From IMG/VR virus record IMGVR_UViG_2660238492_000006, positions 25,679 through 89,678 of that record: 64,000 bases of DNA. One strand, given 5' to 3'. Shown piece after piece: positions 49,805 through 60,085 of the stretch. A program made the position numbers and the translations under genes. Within the stretch, counting starts at the first letter, position 1, and the number at the start of each line of letters is the position of its first letter. The notes under the pieces are model-generated. The model searched no databases and was not told the DNA's origin. It was given only the letters and a program-made list of their open reading frames with translations. The stretch comes from a virus (Duplodnaviria > Caudoviricetes).

Positions 49805-49978
49805 TTAGTAGTTGTAACCATCTGATACAAAATCAATTTCATCTTTTACATGGTCAACACATATTGTATCCTCAAAATCTTCTACAACTTTTCCATCAAC
49901 TAATACCTTTGTATCTGCTCCACTTTCTTTTTTAATTGCTTCTAAATAATCAATTAAATCTTGTATATTTTTACTCAT
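49805..49978 (-). CDS. 57-aa acidic protein (not in the ORF track)
   Basis: MSKNIQDLIDYLEAIKKESG...; GAGGT RBS. Confidence 0.6.
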   Translation of the reverse strand: MSKNIQDLIDYLEAIKKESGADTKVLVDGKVVEDFEDTICVDHVKDEIDFVSDGYNY

Positions 49979-50417
49979 GTTCTACCTCACTTTCTTGAAA
50001 CTCATAATCACAGTTTTCACAAACAAATACTGGTATTTTATCATCATTAAATTCAGTTAAATCATTACTTCCACAGTTTGGACAACATATTGCATCTTCA
50101 TCTTCTTCTTGGAATAACGGTCTTAGTTCCAGTCCTAATAATCTATTTAAAGTGCCTTTTTCAATGAGTACATTTATATTTTTATTTATAGTTTCTTCAC
50201 TTTTATATTCTTCAGATATTCCCAAAACATCTATTGGAATAGGAATATCTGATTTTCCATCTTCATACTTTTTGATTTCTTCTTCATCAAATCTATGTGC
50301 TATTCTTACATCACTTGAATATCCACTCTTGCTTTCTCTATCTCCCCACCATAAGCACCAATTATCTCCAAAACAACTATTGTGCCTATTACATAACAAT
50401 AAATATTTTTTACTCAT
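49971..50417 (-). CDS. Hypothetical protein with C-terminal Zn-ribbon
   Basis: CPNCGS..CENC. Confidence 0.75.
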   Translation of the reverse strand: MSKKYLLLCNRHNSCFGDNWCLWWGDRESKSGYSSDVRIAHRFDEEEIKKYEDGKSDIPIPIDVLGISEEYKSEETINKNINVLIEKGTLNRLLGLELRPLFQEEDEDAICCPNCGSNDLTEFNDDKIPVFVCENCDYEFQESEVEHE

Positions 50418-50651
50418 GTTCCTTCACCCTTTCTGACCATCACGAATCACTACTTATCTGATTTATTTAAAAATGATTTATAACATTCCTCGCAAATATC
50501 AATAGTATTTTTATTATCTTTATTTATCATTGTAATTTTATCTTTATTAAATATTACTTTTCCACATAGGTCACAATGTATTTTTATTATTCTGCCACAT
50601 TTAGGACATCTTTCTATTTTCAATATTCTTCACCTCTTTAACTACTACAAG

Positions 50652-53288
50652 TTATATTGGAAATACATTATTAATAACTTTCTGTTCAAATTCACTGACT
50701 ACTTCTTCTAAGTCATTGTCAATACATTCAACCATTGCACTTAATTTTAAAGTTTGTAATTTTGACTTATCATATTCATCAAACCATGCATTTGAACTAA
50801 TTCCACTATCAGCAGTATCAATTCTAAATTGCCTAGAATTATTTTTAATAATATAACCTGCTTTTTTAGCTTGTTTTTTAAAATCTCTAATTTTTAAAGG
50901 TACTAAATCAGCACTTTGATAATCTTTTATATAACGGTGTATTGCATCTATAACAAGTTGAGTTCTTACATACACTTTTCCGTAATCTCCTGTTTTGGTT
51001 TCTCCTTTTTTAATAGCGTTTCTATTGCAAAAATAAATATTATCTTGCAACATTTCATTGTACAAACATAACATTTGTTCTATAACGCTTCTTGTATCTT
51101 CTCCACCGTCTAGGACTTCTTCGCGTATATTTTGTTCAATATACTTGTAATAGTCTTGTACAGGCTCTAAATCATTTTTAATTAGCACTTTATTAAGTAA
51201 CTCAATGCCACATGAAATATTAACAGCAGTGTTTAATGGTCTATCCTTTAGATGGAATATTTCTCTTAACTCTGTTCTAAGGTTCTTATATTCTTCTATT
51301 GGTAAACTTAAAGCTTCTAATATAAGTGTTTTACCTAACTTTTTAAGTAAATCCTCATGGTCGCTTAACCAGTACATAGCTTCACTATTTTTCTCTGTTC
51401 TTTCATTTTTAGAAATATAAACTATACAAGAACGTGTTATATTAGCTTTTTCTTGATTAGGATAACTTTCTTCTCCTGCTATTATTAAAGGTCTGTCAAG
51501 CTTAAATTCTTTAACATTAAAGCTCTTATCACCTCTAGAAATAGTTAATCTGTCATAAGCTGTTCTGAAAATATCACTTAATTTCATGACTTTATACTTG
51601 TCCATCATAGATGGTTTAAATTCATCAAACAGTATTGGATAATTACCAGTACTAAGCATTTTTTGAATAGCAAATGGTGAAGTTGACATTGCTTTCTTTT
51701 CTTCTACAGGATAATTTAATAATGGAGCAACAACTTTTTCTAATATTGTGCTTTTACCACTACCAGATTCGCCTACTATAAGTAAATGATGTAGCTTTTC
51801 TGCAATTGCAATGTTATGCTCTACCTCTAAAAAGCTTATTGCACTTCCAATAATAGATATTGCCTTATCATAATTTACAAACTTAAATAAGTGTTTCATT
51901 AGCTCCTTAAGTTCATCTTTTTTTATTGTTTCTGTGTCCAAAATATCAATTTTAGTGTTTTCAGCAATCTTAGAATAATCAATTCCTACTGGAGATAATG
52001 AACCTGTTGCTGTAATTAATTGAAATCCATCTTCTACTGGAATAAACTTGGCACCGTTATAAATTTCTTTATTGTCTATAGCAAAATACTTATTTATCCA
52101 TACTTTTAATGTTACTAGTTCCCCTACCTTACTACCTGTAAAGCTAAAGTCCATACCTAAGAAATTTCTAAAAGTCTTTAAATCATCAAATATCTTACTA
52201 CTTCCTACTTTTTCGACTACTTTACCATCTATACAAGATTTAATCTTAAGTCTTATCCCTTCTACTTCTGCATCTACTTTCTCAACTTTACTTGCTTCTA
52301 AAATTTGAAAATCAGTAATATAAGATTTTGTTGGTTTGGAATCTTCATCTGCATTTTTAGAAAACTTCCATTTAAATATTCCTTTTTGGTCTTGCTGTAA
52401 CTCATTTTTATCTTTTAAATCTAAACTTCTTTTAAATGCCTGTAATAACTCTTTTTTAGTGTGTCCAGCTTCTAACCAATCAGTTACATCAATGTTATTC
52501 CCCATAGCCTTTATGCTTGGTAAATTTATAATTTTAAAGCTACTAGCAACCTTTATAAAATTATATTTAATATTATCAATATACTTTTGTCCCGCTTCGC
52601 CTGTATCTCCTATAACTGCGATTTTCATAAACTCGCCTTTGATTTTGTCATAGTCTTTAAATCCTTTTATACTTGTCGCTACGTAATCTTTTTTATTAAG
52701 AGTATTATTTATCGTGTTAACATCCTTTTCGCCTTCAGAAAAAACAATAGTTTTATTCTCAGCTATTCCATTAAGTAGATTATAGTAATTGTAAGGCACT
52801 TCATCATATCCACGATTATTTATAACCTGTCCATTTTCTATATGATAGTATGGTGTTTCTTTCTTACCATCAGGCTTTAAAAACTTAACTTTAGAATATA
52901 TAGGCTTGTTGTTTTCATCTACAAAAGTAAATACTCCTAAAGGCTTATAACCTTTTTTATTACCTCTAGTAACTTGATTTCTTACATATTCTTTAATAGC
53001 TTCTTGAAAATCCTCTACTGGTGACTTTTCAACTTCTAAACCTAGATATTCTCTAGCTTGGTTATATTCCATGCCTTTAAAATTCATGATAAAGTCTATT
53101 GCATCACCTACAGCACCACATCCCCAACATTTATAACGTTGCTTATTTGCATTAGGTATGAATTTAACACTCATAGAAGGTGTTTTTTCATTATGAAACG
53201 GACATTTTATATATCCTTCCCTATTGAATTTTTCTCCTGTTTCTTGCTCTATAAGTTGTTTTAAATCTATATCTTGTAATTCCTTCAA
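50652..53288 (-). CDS. Primase-helicase (CHC2 Zn finger, TOPRIM-like domain, P-loop)
   Basis: CPFH.EKTPS..CWGC; EGEKD..D..G; GESGSGKS; LFDE. Confidence 0.9.
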   Translation of the reverse strand: MKELQDIDLKQLIEQETGEKFNREGYIKCPFHNEKTPSMSVKFIPNANKQRYKCWGCGAVGDAIDFIMNFKGMEYNQAREYLGLEVEKSPVEDFQEAIKEYVRNQVTRGNKKGYKPLGVFTFVDENNKPIYSKVKFLKPDGKKETPYYHIENGQVINNRGYDEVPYNYYNLLNGIAENKTIVFSEGEKDVNTINNTLNKKDYVATSIKGFKDYDKIKGEFMKIAVIGDTGEAGQKYIDNIKYNFIKVASSFKIINLPSIKAMGNNIDVTDWLEAGHTKKELLQAFKRSLDLKDKNELQQDQKGIFKWKFSKNADEDSKPTKSYITDFQILEASKVEKVDAEVEGIRLKIKSCIDGKVVEKVGSSKIFDDLKTFRNFLGMDFSFTGSKVGELVTLKVWINKYFAIDNKEIYNGAKFIPVEDGFQLITATGSLSPVGIDYSKIAENTKIDILDTETIKKDELKELMKHLFKFVNYDKAISIIGSAISFLEVEHNIAIAEKLHHLLIVGESGSGKSTILEKVVAPLLNYPVEEKKAMSTSPFAIQKMLSTGNYPILFDEFKPSMMDKYKVMKLSDIFRTAYDRLTISRGDKSFNVKEFKLDRPLIIAGEESYPNQEKANITRSCIVYISKNERTEKNSEAMYWLSDHEDLLKKLGKTLILEALSLPIEEYKNLRTELREIFHLKDRPLNTAVNISCGIELLNKVLIKNDLEPVQDYYKYIEQNIREEVLDGGEDTRSVIEQMLCLYNEMLQDNIYFCNRNAIKKGETKTGDYGKVYVRTQLVIDAIHRYIKDYQSADLVPLKIRDFKKQAKKAGYIIKNNSRQFRIDTADSGISSNAWFDEYDKSKLQTLKLSAMVECIDNDLEEVVSEFEQKVINNVFPI

Positions 53289-53302
53289 TACTTTTTCACC
53301 TC

Positions 53303-53551
53303 CTATAAATTAAATCCATTAAGCCTTTCATTCTGTGTCATTTTCCTGCCTGTAAGTTGTTCAATTTCTATAATTAATTTACTTAAATCTCTCACAATTT
53401 CATTAAATCCCTCAAGTGGCGTTTTACCATTGAACTTTTTATTGATACATTCTGAAACTGTATGTTCCTTAAAATATTTTTCAGCATTTTTATTTCTTTC
53501 TAACTTTTCATTATATTTTTTCTTTAAAAAAGTTAATTGTTGTTTTTCCAT
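53303..53551 (-). CDS. Hypothetical protein
   Basis: ORF track. Confidence 0.65.
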   Translation of the reverse strand: MEKQQLTFLKKKYNEKLERNKNAEKYFKEHTVSECINKKFNGKTPLEGFNEIVRDLSKLIIEIEQLTGRKMTQNERLNGFNL

Positions 53552-53671
53552 TAAACCAACCTCTTTTTAATCTTCTGCTTATTTTTCATTCGCTTTTGAT
53601 AGTTTTCCTTACCTCTATTTTCTGCATTTAGTCTAGCTGTTACTGTTTTAAATGCAGCATCTATTATTTCA

Positions 53672-54169
53672 TCAACTGTCCTTAGCATTCTTTAACCACT
53701 CCTTAAAGGCATATTTACAGTTTGTACACTTGTCTGTACCATCAATTTCAATGATATTTTGTTTTTCAAATTCCTTGTATATATCACAATCACAGCCTTG
53801 TTTAGTACAGTTTTTACAGTTATTATCAAAGATAAGTTCTACTAGTTTAAAGTAATCTTCATTTTCTTCATAAGCCGCATCAAATTCAGATTTCCTTCTC
53901 TTAAGAATTATTTCTTTATCTCCATAAGCATCAAGTGTCATTTTGGAACCTTTAGCAGTTCTTTGGAAAGCTTTTAATGATGTGGAATTAATTCTATCTA
54001 GTACACTCATAACTCCTTTTATAACAAACGAAGCACCTCTTTTAAGATTACCTATTTCTTGTTTACTTAATAGATTGCCCTCTATAGTTCTTTCAACATC
54101 TGAAGCTAAATGAACTATTCTTACTAAGTTTTCTCTTTCTGTTGTATTGAGATAATCTTTCATCACCAA
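53672..54169 (-). CDS. Cys-cluster phage protein (DUF5651-like)
   Basis: MKDYLN..ERE; CKNC..C. Confidence 0.65.
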   Translation of the reverse strand: MVMKDYLNTTERENLVRIVHLASDVERTIEGNLLSKQEIGNLKRGASFVIKGVMSVLDRINSTSLKAFQRTAKGSKMTLDAYGDKEIILKRRKSEFDAAYEENEDYFKLVELIFDNNCKNCTKQGCDCDIYKEFEKQNIIEIDGTDKCTNCKYAFKEWLKNAKDS

Positions 54170-54477
54170 ACAACTCCTTCAAGTTTTTTGAATTTCTTAG
54201 CTTTCCAATCATCAACTAAAGGCTTACTCACATAACACATCCCCTTTAGTTGCATTAACATTATTTCTACATCTGCAATTTCTTCATGTAAATTTTCAAT
54301 ACGTTCTTCACCTTGGCCAAGTAAAACTCTGCTTATTGCTCTTGTAAGCTCTCCTAATTCTTCCATAGTCTTAATCATTTGTGTATGTTCTCCAAAAGTT
54401 CTTATAGCCTTGTTACAAATCTCTGTTTGCTTTTCAATACTAATCATTAGCATTGTCCTCCTGGATATACCATTCAC
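54163..54477 (-). CDS. MazG-like NTP pyrophosphohydrolase
   Basis: EELGEL...EEIADV. Confidence 0.85.
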   Translation of the reverse strand: MNGISRRTMLMISIEKQTEICNKAIRTFGEHTQMIKTMEELGELTRAISRVLLGQGEERIENLHEEIADVEIMLMQLKGMCYVSKPLVDDWKAKKFKKLEGVVW

Positions 54478-54880
54478 AATTCAATATTTCATAAGAACAA
54501 ATAGTTCCTGCATTTTCATCAAATAAACTTCCGCGCTCTTTTGCATTACAATATTTATAAGTATGATATCTTCCAACATAGTTCTTTCTTTTATTAAATA
54601 TTGTTTTGTGCTCATTGTTATAAGCTTTAATAGCTTCCATAAAGCTCACTGGCTGTTGAATTGGTATGAATTTTGCATTTAGTATAGAGTCATTTATAAC
54701 AACCTCAATGTAAGCTCTATTGTCCCAAACTAATTGTTTTTTACCCACAACTTTTGCTTTAGTAATTTTAGCGTTCATGTTATATTTTTCACCATCTAAA
54801 ATAACTTCAAATTCAGTTCCTACAGGCATTTCAATAGCCTGTAATATATTTAACTCTTTACTCAACTTCATCAACCTCAC
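54440..54880 (-). CDS. Hypothetical protein (two similar halves)
   Basis: ORF track. Confidence 0.7.
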   Translation of the reverse strand: MRLMKLSKELNILQAIEMPVGTEFEVILDGEKYNMNAKITKAKVVGKKQLVWDNRAYIEVVINDSILNAKFIPIQQPVSFMEAIKAYNNEHKTIFNKRKNYVGRYHTYKYCNAKERGSLFDENAGTICSYEILNCEWYIQEDNAND

Positions 54881-55436
54881 CCTCTAAAATAAATCCTTTA
54901 TGCTTAAATAAGTTATATACATAAGCCTGTAGAGTATAATAAATCTCACTTCCCATACACTTCTTATCTACTGGAACTATTACTGTGTTATATTCAGCTT
55001 CAATTCCTTTTTTAATCCTCTGCATTAAAGTAAATGGATCATATTGACTTCTATAATTTCCATTTCTCAAATTCTCATGAAAATCCTTATCTTCTACAAA
55101 GAAAAAATACTTTATATCATGCATATTCATATGAGCTAATTCTTTCTTAAGTCTTGCTGCATCTTCCTTAAGATTACCTGCTATTTCATCAATAGAGTTT
55201 TTACGTTCAATTGCTATGTCCCTATCAAAGTAAATATCTGTTGTAAACTGTCCTATAGTACCTTTTGGTATCATAGCTGTGTAATCTCCAAAATCATTTT
55301 TAACTGTCTTATATGGAATTTTCTTTTTATTGAAAAAATCTAATATGTGTTGATTATTTTGTTCACGACTATCTACCACAACTGTCATATTATCTAAGAT
55401 TTTTTTCATTTCTTTATCTGTAAATTTATATCTCAA
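54858..55436 (-). CDS. ERCC4-domain nuclease
   Basis: VVDSREQ, GDY, IERKNS. Confidence 0.9.
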   Translation of the reverse strand: MRYKFTDKEMKKILDNMTVVVDSREQNNQHILDFFNKKKIPYKTVKNDFGDYTAMIPKGTIGQFTTDIYFDRDIAIERKNSIDEIAGNLKEDAARLKKELAHMNMHDIKYFFFVEDKDFHENLRNGNYRSQYDPFTLMQRIKKGIEAEYNTVIVPVDKKCMGSEIYYTLQAYVYNLFKHKGFILEGEVDEVE

Positions 55437-55871
55437 CTCTTCACCTTCTCATGTTTATTAATTTTTCTGCATACCTAAACTGTTGTTTAATATAAGAGTC
55501 AGTTACTTTTCCTCCACTTGACAACCAATCTGTTATCCTACTGTTTATATCTTTCAAAGCAACTATTGGTAACATATTGCTATGTTTCACCAATTCTTCA
55601 ATACTGTTTATTTTAATCATGTTAATTCCCTCTCAACTGATTCTCTCTTGAGAATAAGAGAATTTAACTATGTTGTTAAATACTCTTATTCTATATATTT
55701 TTAAGTTCTGAATAGATAATTTGTACTATTCATTTTTATTCTATTTTCCTTTTCTTGTACTTTATCTTTTCCGAAACATGGTGCTTTACCACTTAAAACT
55801 ACATCATTATCACATTTACAATCTTTATTTAATGGACACTTTTGGTTTAAGCATTTCATAAATGTTACCTC

Positions 55872-56444
55872 CTAGAATGGCATATCCCCATCATCTACTG
55901 GAGTTATATCTATTTCAAAATTACTACTATCGGGATTTAATAACTTATCCTTAGGTGCATCTACACCTTTTTTAATTTCTTCTACAGTTCTAAATACTTG
56001 AAACTTAGTGGCAAATTTACTTACGCCTGTATTGTTATCTAAATATTCTTCTCTACCAAATAACGCACCTACTAATTTTCCTTTAAAGCAATCTGTAAAA
56101 TGTTCTCCCCATACTACTTTAAACCCATTATTACTTTTCTCTACCATATCTATAAAAGTCTTAAATCCTCTATTGGTAGCACCTTCTGCATCTAATACTA
56201 GTTGTCTTACTATTGCATTATTATTCCACTTCTTAGGCTCTCTCTTATCGTTTTTATAAGCTTCACTAAAGTAACTAGGTTGTTTATCTGTTCTGTCTGT
56301 ATCTAAGTAGATAACTACCATGTCCCTTCCTGCTTTACTCTTAGTTTCTTCAACCTTCATTATCTTGCAGATATGTCCACCTGCTTCTAGTGCTGTAAAT
56401 CCTGTAAATCCTTGTACTTGTTCAAAATCTTGTGGCATTAACAT
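55872..56444 (-). CDS. Phage SSB-like protein (DUF669-like)
   Basis: LEAGGH.C.I..V...SK.G..M; acidic DDGDMPF tail; next to Sak4. Confidence 0.75.
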   Translation of the reverse strand: MLMPQDFEQVQGFTGFTALEAGGHICKIMKVEETKSKAGRDMVVIYLDTDRTDKQPSYFSEAYKNDKREPKKWNNNAIVRQLVLDAEGATNRGFKTFIDMVEKSNNGFKVVWGEHFTDCFKGKLVGALFGREEYLDNNTGVSKFATKFQVFRTVEEIKKGVDAPKDKLLNPDSSNFEIDITPVDDGDMPF

Positions 56445-56446
56445 AA

Positions 56447-56779
56447 TTATTTATCCTCCTTGTTTGCTTTAATACTTATTGAATGAACATCAATTTCCTT
56501 ATAAAGTTCAGCTATATCTATATGGTCAATTTCCTTAGCATTAATCTTAGTTACTGTGCTCTCTACCTTTTCCTTTTCTAATCCTTGTCTTATGCTATCA
56601 GCTATCTTTACAACACCTCTAGAGCAAGTCCACTCTGTTAAATCATTCTCAAACAAAAATTGTTCAAGCTGTTCTTTTGCTCCTGTAATATAAGCTTTAA
56701 TGCTCTTAGATTCCTCTCTCTTTTCTAAGATACAAGCTATTAAACTTGCTGCTCTTTCTTTGCTTATTGTATTTTCCAT
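56447..56779 (-). CDS. Hypothetical protein
   Basis: ORF track. Confidence 0.7.
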   Translation of the reverse strand: MENTISKERAASLIACILEKREESKSIKAYITGAKEQLEQFLFENDLTEWTCSRGVVKIADSIRQGLEKEKVESTVTKINAKEIDHIDIAELYKEIDVHSISIKANKEDK

Positions 56780-56781
56780 AC

Positions 56782-57042
56782 TTATTTATCCTCACTTTCA
56801 TTTTCTCTTATTGTATTTCCAACAAACTCAAATCTATATTTTTGCTTTTCTAATGGATATTTCTTATGATCCACCTCTGACATAAACATCTTAAGTGGTC
56901 TTACCCAAACTTTTCCACTTCCAAAAAGCTCACAATAAACTACCATATCTTCCATAGTTTCAGTATGCTTAGCCACATGAAGAACTAAGTAGTTATTGCC
57001 TTTAAAATGCTTGTACACTCCTTCTTTTATTTCTCTAACCAC
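56782..57042 (-). CDS. DUF1653 protein
   Basis: GVYKHFKG..Y..A.HTET.E..VVY..WVRP..MF. Confidence 0.9.
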   Translation of the reverse strand: MVREIKEGVYKHFKGNNYLVLHVAKHTETMEDMVVYCELFGSGKVWVRPLKMFMSEVDHKKYPLEKQKYRFEFVGNTIRENESEDK

Positions 57043-57657
57043 TTATTGTTCCTCCAACTCGTAATACTCACGAATAGTCTTATCTACTAATTTAAGGTCA
57101 TTGTCCATTTCTAGTGGAAACATATCCATAGGACTTTTAGCAGTTGTATAACCATCACTTTGGGTAATGAATTTATGTTCAGTACCATCTGTAGTAGTTA
57201 ATAATACTATGCTAAATAATCCTTCTAGTGTAAGTTGATTATCAATCATCTTTCCACTTGTTTTAGCTTTAATCTTTCCTGTTTCTGTAGTTTCAACATG
57301 ATGCAAGAAATAAACTATTACATCATCAGGTGTACCTGTAATAATGAACTGAATAAGATTTCTAAAGTCTAATGCAATGTCTGTAAATTTTCCATAGCCT
57401 GTCTCCTTCGCTTTATCAAACATTTGAAATGCCATTAGGTACTGACTATCATCAATTACATAAGTCTTAAGTTTAGACTTTGCTAGTCCACTTATAATTT
57501 GCTTATAGCTTGCACCATTAAGTTTTGGTAACTTCTTTCTAAATGGCAACGGCTTACTTGCCACATTGAATATTCCAACTTCTCCATCTTCAAAATTTCT
57601 CATTGAAGTGCTTTTTCCACTTCCGCTCTCTCCTAATACTAATACCGGTAATCCCAT
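57043..57657 (-). CDS. Sak4-like ATPase (single-strand annealing)
   Basis: GESGSGKSTS, VIDDSQY, EGLFSIV. Confidence 0.85.
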   Translation of the reverse strand: MGLPVLVLGESGSGKSTSMRNFEDGEVGIFNVASKPLPFRKKLPKLNGASYKQIISGLAKSKLKTYVIDDSQYLMAFQMFDKAKETGYGKFTDIALDFRNLIQFIITGTPDDVIVYFLHHVETTETGKIKAKTSGKMIDNQLTLEGLFSIVLLTTTDGTEHKFITQSDGYTTAKSPMDMFPLEMDNDLKLVDKTIREYYELEEQ

Positions 57658-58221
57658 TTACTTAACCTCCCAACATTTCTTATATCCTTCATCAGTTCCC
57701 TTACGAATTTCTATAATTTTGCCATAAGTATTCCCATACCTTGTATCACAATAAACCATGTGGCTTATAGACAATTCTTCATCAGAAACAAAGTCATAAA
57801 GCTTTCCATTCTTTAAGTGTTCTACTTTATAAATATTTACTTTTGGTTCTAATAAATTTTCCACTCCTTCAAGTTCATATCCACTAGGACACCAATTACT
57901 TCCTAGACTTTTTGATATTTCACAAATTCCCCTTTTAACTCCAAAAGTACATTCTTGACAACTTTGTTTATGCTCACAATAGTTTTGAACAACCTTTAAT
58001 GCATTAACAACCTTTAGTTCTTCTGTTTTGTCATCTTTAAATTTTATATTTCCTTTTTCAATTGCTAATTCCCAACATTCTCTGCACTCGCCATTACAAA
58101 TCTTTTTTCTTTTAAAATCCTTTAACTTGTATACACTAGGACATCCTCTCCTAGTAGTTAATTCTTTATTATCCAAAAATTCTTCCTTAGTCATTGTTTT
58201 TCTAATCTTTTCAAAATCCAT
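57658..58221 (-). CDS. Cys-rich hypothetical protein
   Basis: CRECW and CQEC motifs. Confidence 0.7.
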   Translation of the reverse strand: MDFEKIRKTMTKEEFLDNKELTTRRGCPSVYKLKDFKRKKICNGECRECWELAIEKGNIKFKDDKTEELKVVNALKVVQNYCEHKQSCQECTFGVKRGICEISKSLGSNWCPSGYELEGVENLLEPKVNIYKVEHLKNGKLYDFVSDEELSISHMVYCDTRYGNTYGKIIEIRKGTDEGYKKCWEVK

Positions 58222-58255
58222 TAATTCTTACCTTCCTTTCTTTCCTTTAACTCTT

Positions 58256-58582
58256 TTAATCTGTATAAATTTTTACTGTAAATCTACCATCAGAACTCAT
58301 ATTTGAATATCCTCCAAAATGTGAAAATCCATCATCACAAATCATTGATAATTCAAGTTCATTAAGTTTAATACCTTCTTTAATTTTTCCAGTATGAATA
58401 CAATGTGCATATCCTGAAACGCATTTATAATCTTCGAACAAAGCATTTTCTTGACTATCATACTTATGAAAATTCTTGTATTCTCCAACACCATATTTTT
58501 CTTTTAAATTCCTATATATTTCTTGATATTTTTTTATCGTAACTTCATCTTTTTCAACATCAAAAATACATTTTAAGTTCAT
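58256..58582 (-). CDS. Hypothetical protein
   Basis: ORF track; AGGAG RBS. Confidence 0.7.
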   Translation of the reverse strand: MNLKCIFDVEKDEVTIKKYQEIYRNLKEKYGVGEYKNFHKYDSQENALFEDYKCVSGYAHCIHTGKIKEGIKLNELELSMICDDGFSHFGGYSNMSSDGRFTVKIYTD

Positions 58583-58596
58583 TACTTTTCACTCTC

Positions 58597-59109
58597 CTAT
58601 TCTGCTTTAACTGTAATAGTTTCAGTTTCTTCAATTCTTACTCCTGGAAGTATTTCACCAGTTTCAGTATTAACTCCATCTTTGCAAATCTTTTTAAGAG
58701 CTGTTTTATCAAGTTCCTCTTTAACCCTAATAGCTTCTATTTCATTTTCCTTAACATATTCCTTAAGTGCTGCTTCATCTTCATAAAGCCACTTCTTAGA
58801 CTTTCTACTGCTAACTTTTCCGTATGGTGTAGATAATTTAAATTTCTTATCTTTAGCTCTTTCTTCTACGAAATAAGAACTTATACAACCTTCAAAAAAC
58901 TCTGAATCATTATCATATTGTTTTAATTGTTCTTGTTTCCAAGATTCAATTCTTGCAATTTCCTCATCTGCTACTGCTTCAATTTCTGCTTTCTTAGTTC
59001 CTATAGCTCTTAACTTCCTAAAGGCCCATGTAGCACCCTCTAAATTTTCAATTTTAAAACCTTCTCTTCTTTCCTCTTGTAAATCTTGTTTTAATAATGT
59101 GTTTTCCAT
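58597..59109 (-). CDS. Gam-like host-nuclease inhibitor
   Basis: A.WAFRKL; TPYGKVSSRK; LDK.ALKK..TGEILPGV. Confidence 0.85.
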   Translation of the reverse strand: MENTLLKQDLQEERREGFKIENLEGATWAFRKLRAIGTKKAEIEAVADEEIARIESWKQEQLKQYDNDSEFFEGCISSYFVEERAKDKKFKLSTPYGKVSSRKSKKWLYEDEAALKEYVKENEIEAIRVKEELDKTALKKICKDGVNTETGEILPGVRIEETETITVKAE

Positions 59110-59112
59110 AAT

Positions 59113-59421
59113 CTAATCCTCCTTATTAACTTTTATAATTTTTATAAGTTTCAAAAGCTTTATTTTCATTTTCTCTAATTCCTCTATTACATTTTCGGAA
59201 TCTAAATCTATTGAATAATTCAATATGCACTTTTCATCGTCCCACATCCAAATATCCAAAGCATTTCTCCATCCAACATAGGTAACACTTATATAGTTAT
59301 CTAATTTTTTAGTATGTTTATAATCCATAGAAACTTGAATCAATTCTGAAATTTTATCCATTAAAACAACTTCCTTAATTGTTTTCTTTTTAAAGAGTTT
59401 TTTTATTATATTTTTAATCAT
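59113..59421 (-). CDS. Hypothetical protein
   Basis: ORF track. Confidence 0.65.
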   Translation of the reverse strand: MIKNIIKKLFKKKTIKEVVLMDKISELIQVSMDYKHTKKLDNYISVTYVGWRNALDIWMWDDEKCILNYSIDLDSENVIEELEKMKIKLLKLIKIIKVNKED

Positions 59422-59654
59422 ACTTGCCTCCTAAATTTGTGATATAATGGTCTTGAAATATTAACTTTTGCTACTTCGGATACTTTGGTCGGTTCCTTAG
59501 TAGCTTTTTCTTTAATCTTGTTTATTTCCTCTTGCAGAATATCTCCAAACCTTCTGCCTTCTCTAGTTCCTCTTTCAATAACTCTATTGGTTATTTCTTT
59601 TGCTTTTTCTCTATCATCTGTAATCTTATTTATTGTTAAAATATTCCCCATCAT
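59418..59654 (-). CDS. Hypothetical protein
   Basis: ORF track; AAGGAG RBS. Confidence 0.6.
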   Translation of the reverse strand: MMGNILTINKITDDREKAKEITNRVIERGTREGRRFGDILQEEINKIKEKATKEPTKVSEVAKVNISRPLYHKFRRQV

Positions 59655-59780
59655 TATCTCCTTATATCAAATACTTTCTTGATAGAACCTTTCTTACTAT
59701 TCTCTTTACAATAGATACCTTATGTCTCTTCTTAAAAAGCAAGTTTACATACAAATTTACATCTTCCATGTTAATCCTCC

Positions 59781-60074
59781 TTAAAGTAGCTTACTTCTTA
59801 ATTTAGCTAAACATTTTGGACAAATCTTAACTTTTGAATCCGGAATAATAACCAAATTATCAATCTCTTGGCAGATAAAACATCCAGGAGTATACTTTTT
59901 TAAAATTATGTTATCTCCTTCTACGTAAATTTCTAATGCATCCTTTTCAGCAATATTTAAGTTCCTTCTTAGTTCCATTGGTATTACTACCCTTCCTAAC
60001 TCGTCCATTTTTCTTACAATTCCTGTTGATTTCATTTTTACATTCCTCCTAATATTTTTTATTTCCCCTAACAT
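59781..60074 (-). CDS. abrB: AbrB-family transition-state regulator homologue (start probably 60035)
   Basis: MKSTGIVRKMDELGRVVIPMELRR..LEIYV..IILKKY..C..C. Confidence 0.92.
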   Translation of the reverse strand: MLGEIKNIRRNVKMKSTGIVRKMDELGRVVIPMELRRNLNIAEKDALEIYVEGDNIILKKYTPGCFICQEIDNLVIIPDSKVKICPKCLAKLRSKLL

Positions 60075-60085
60075 ATGGTAAAATT

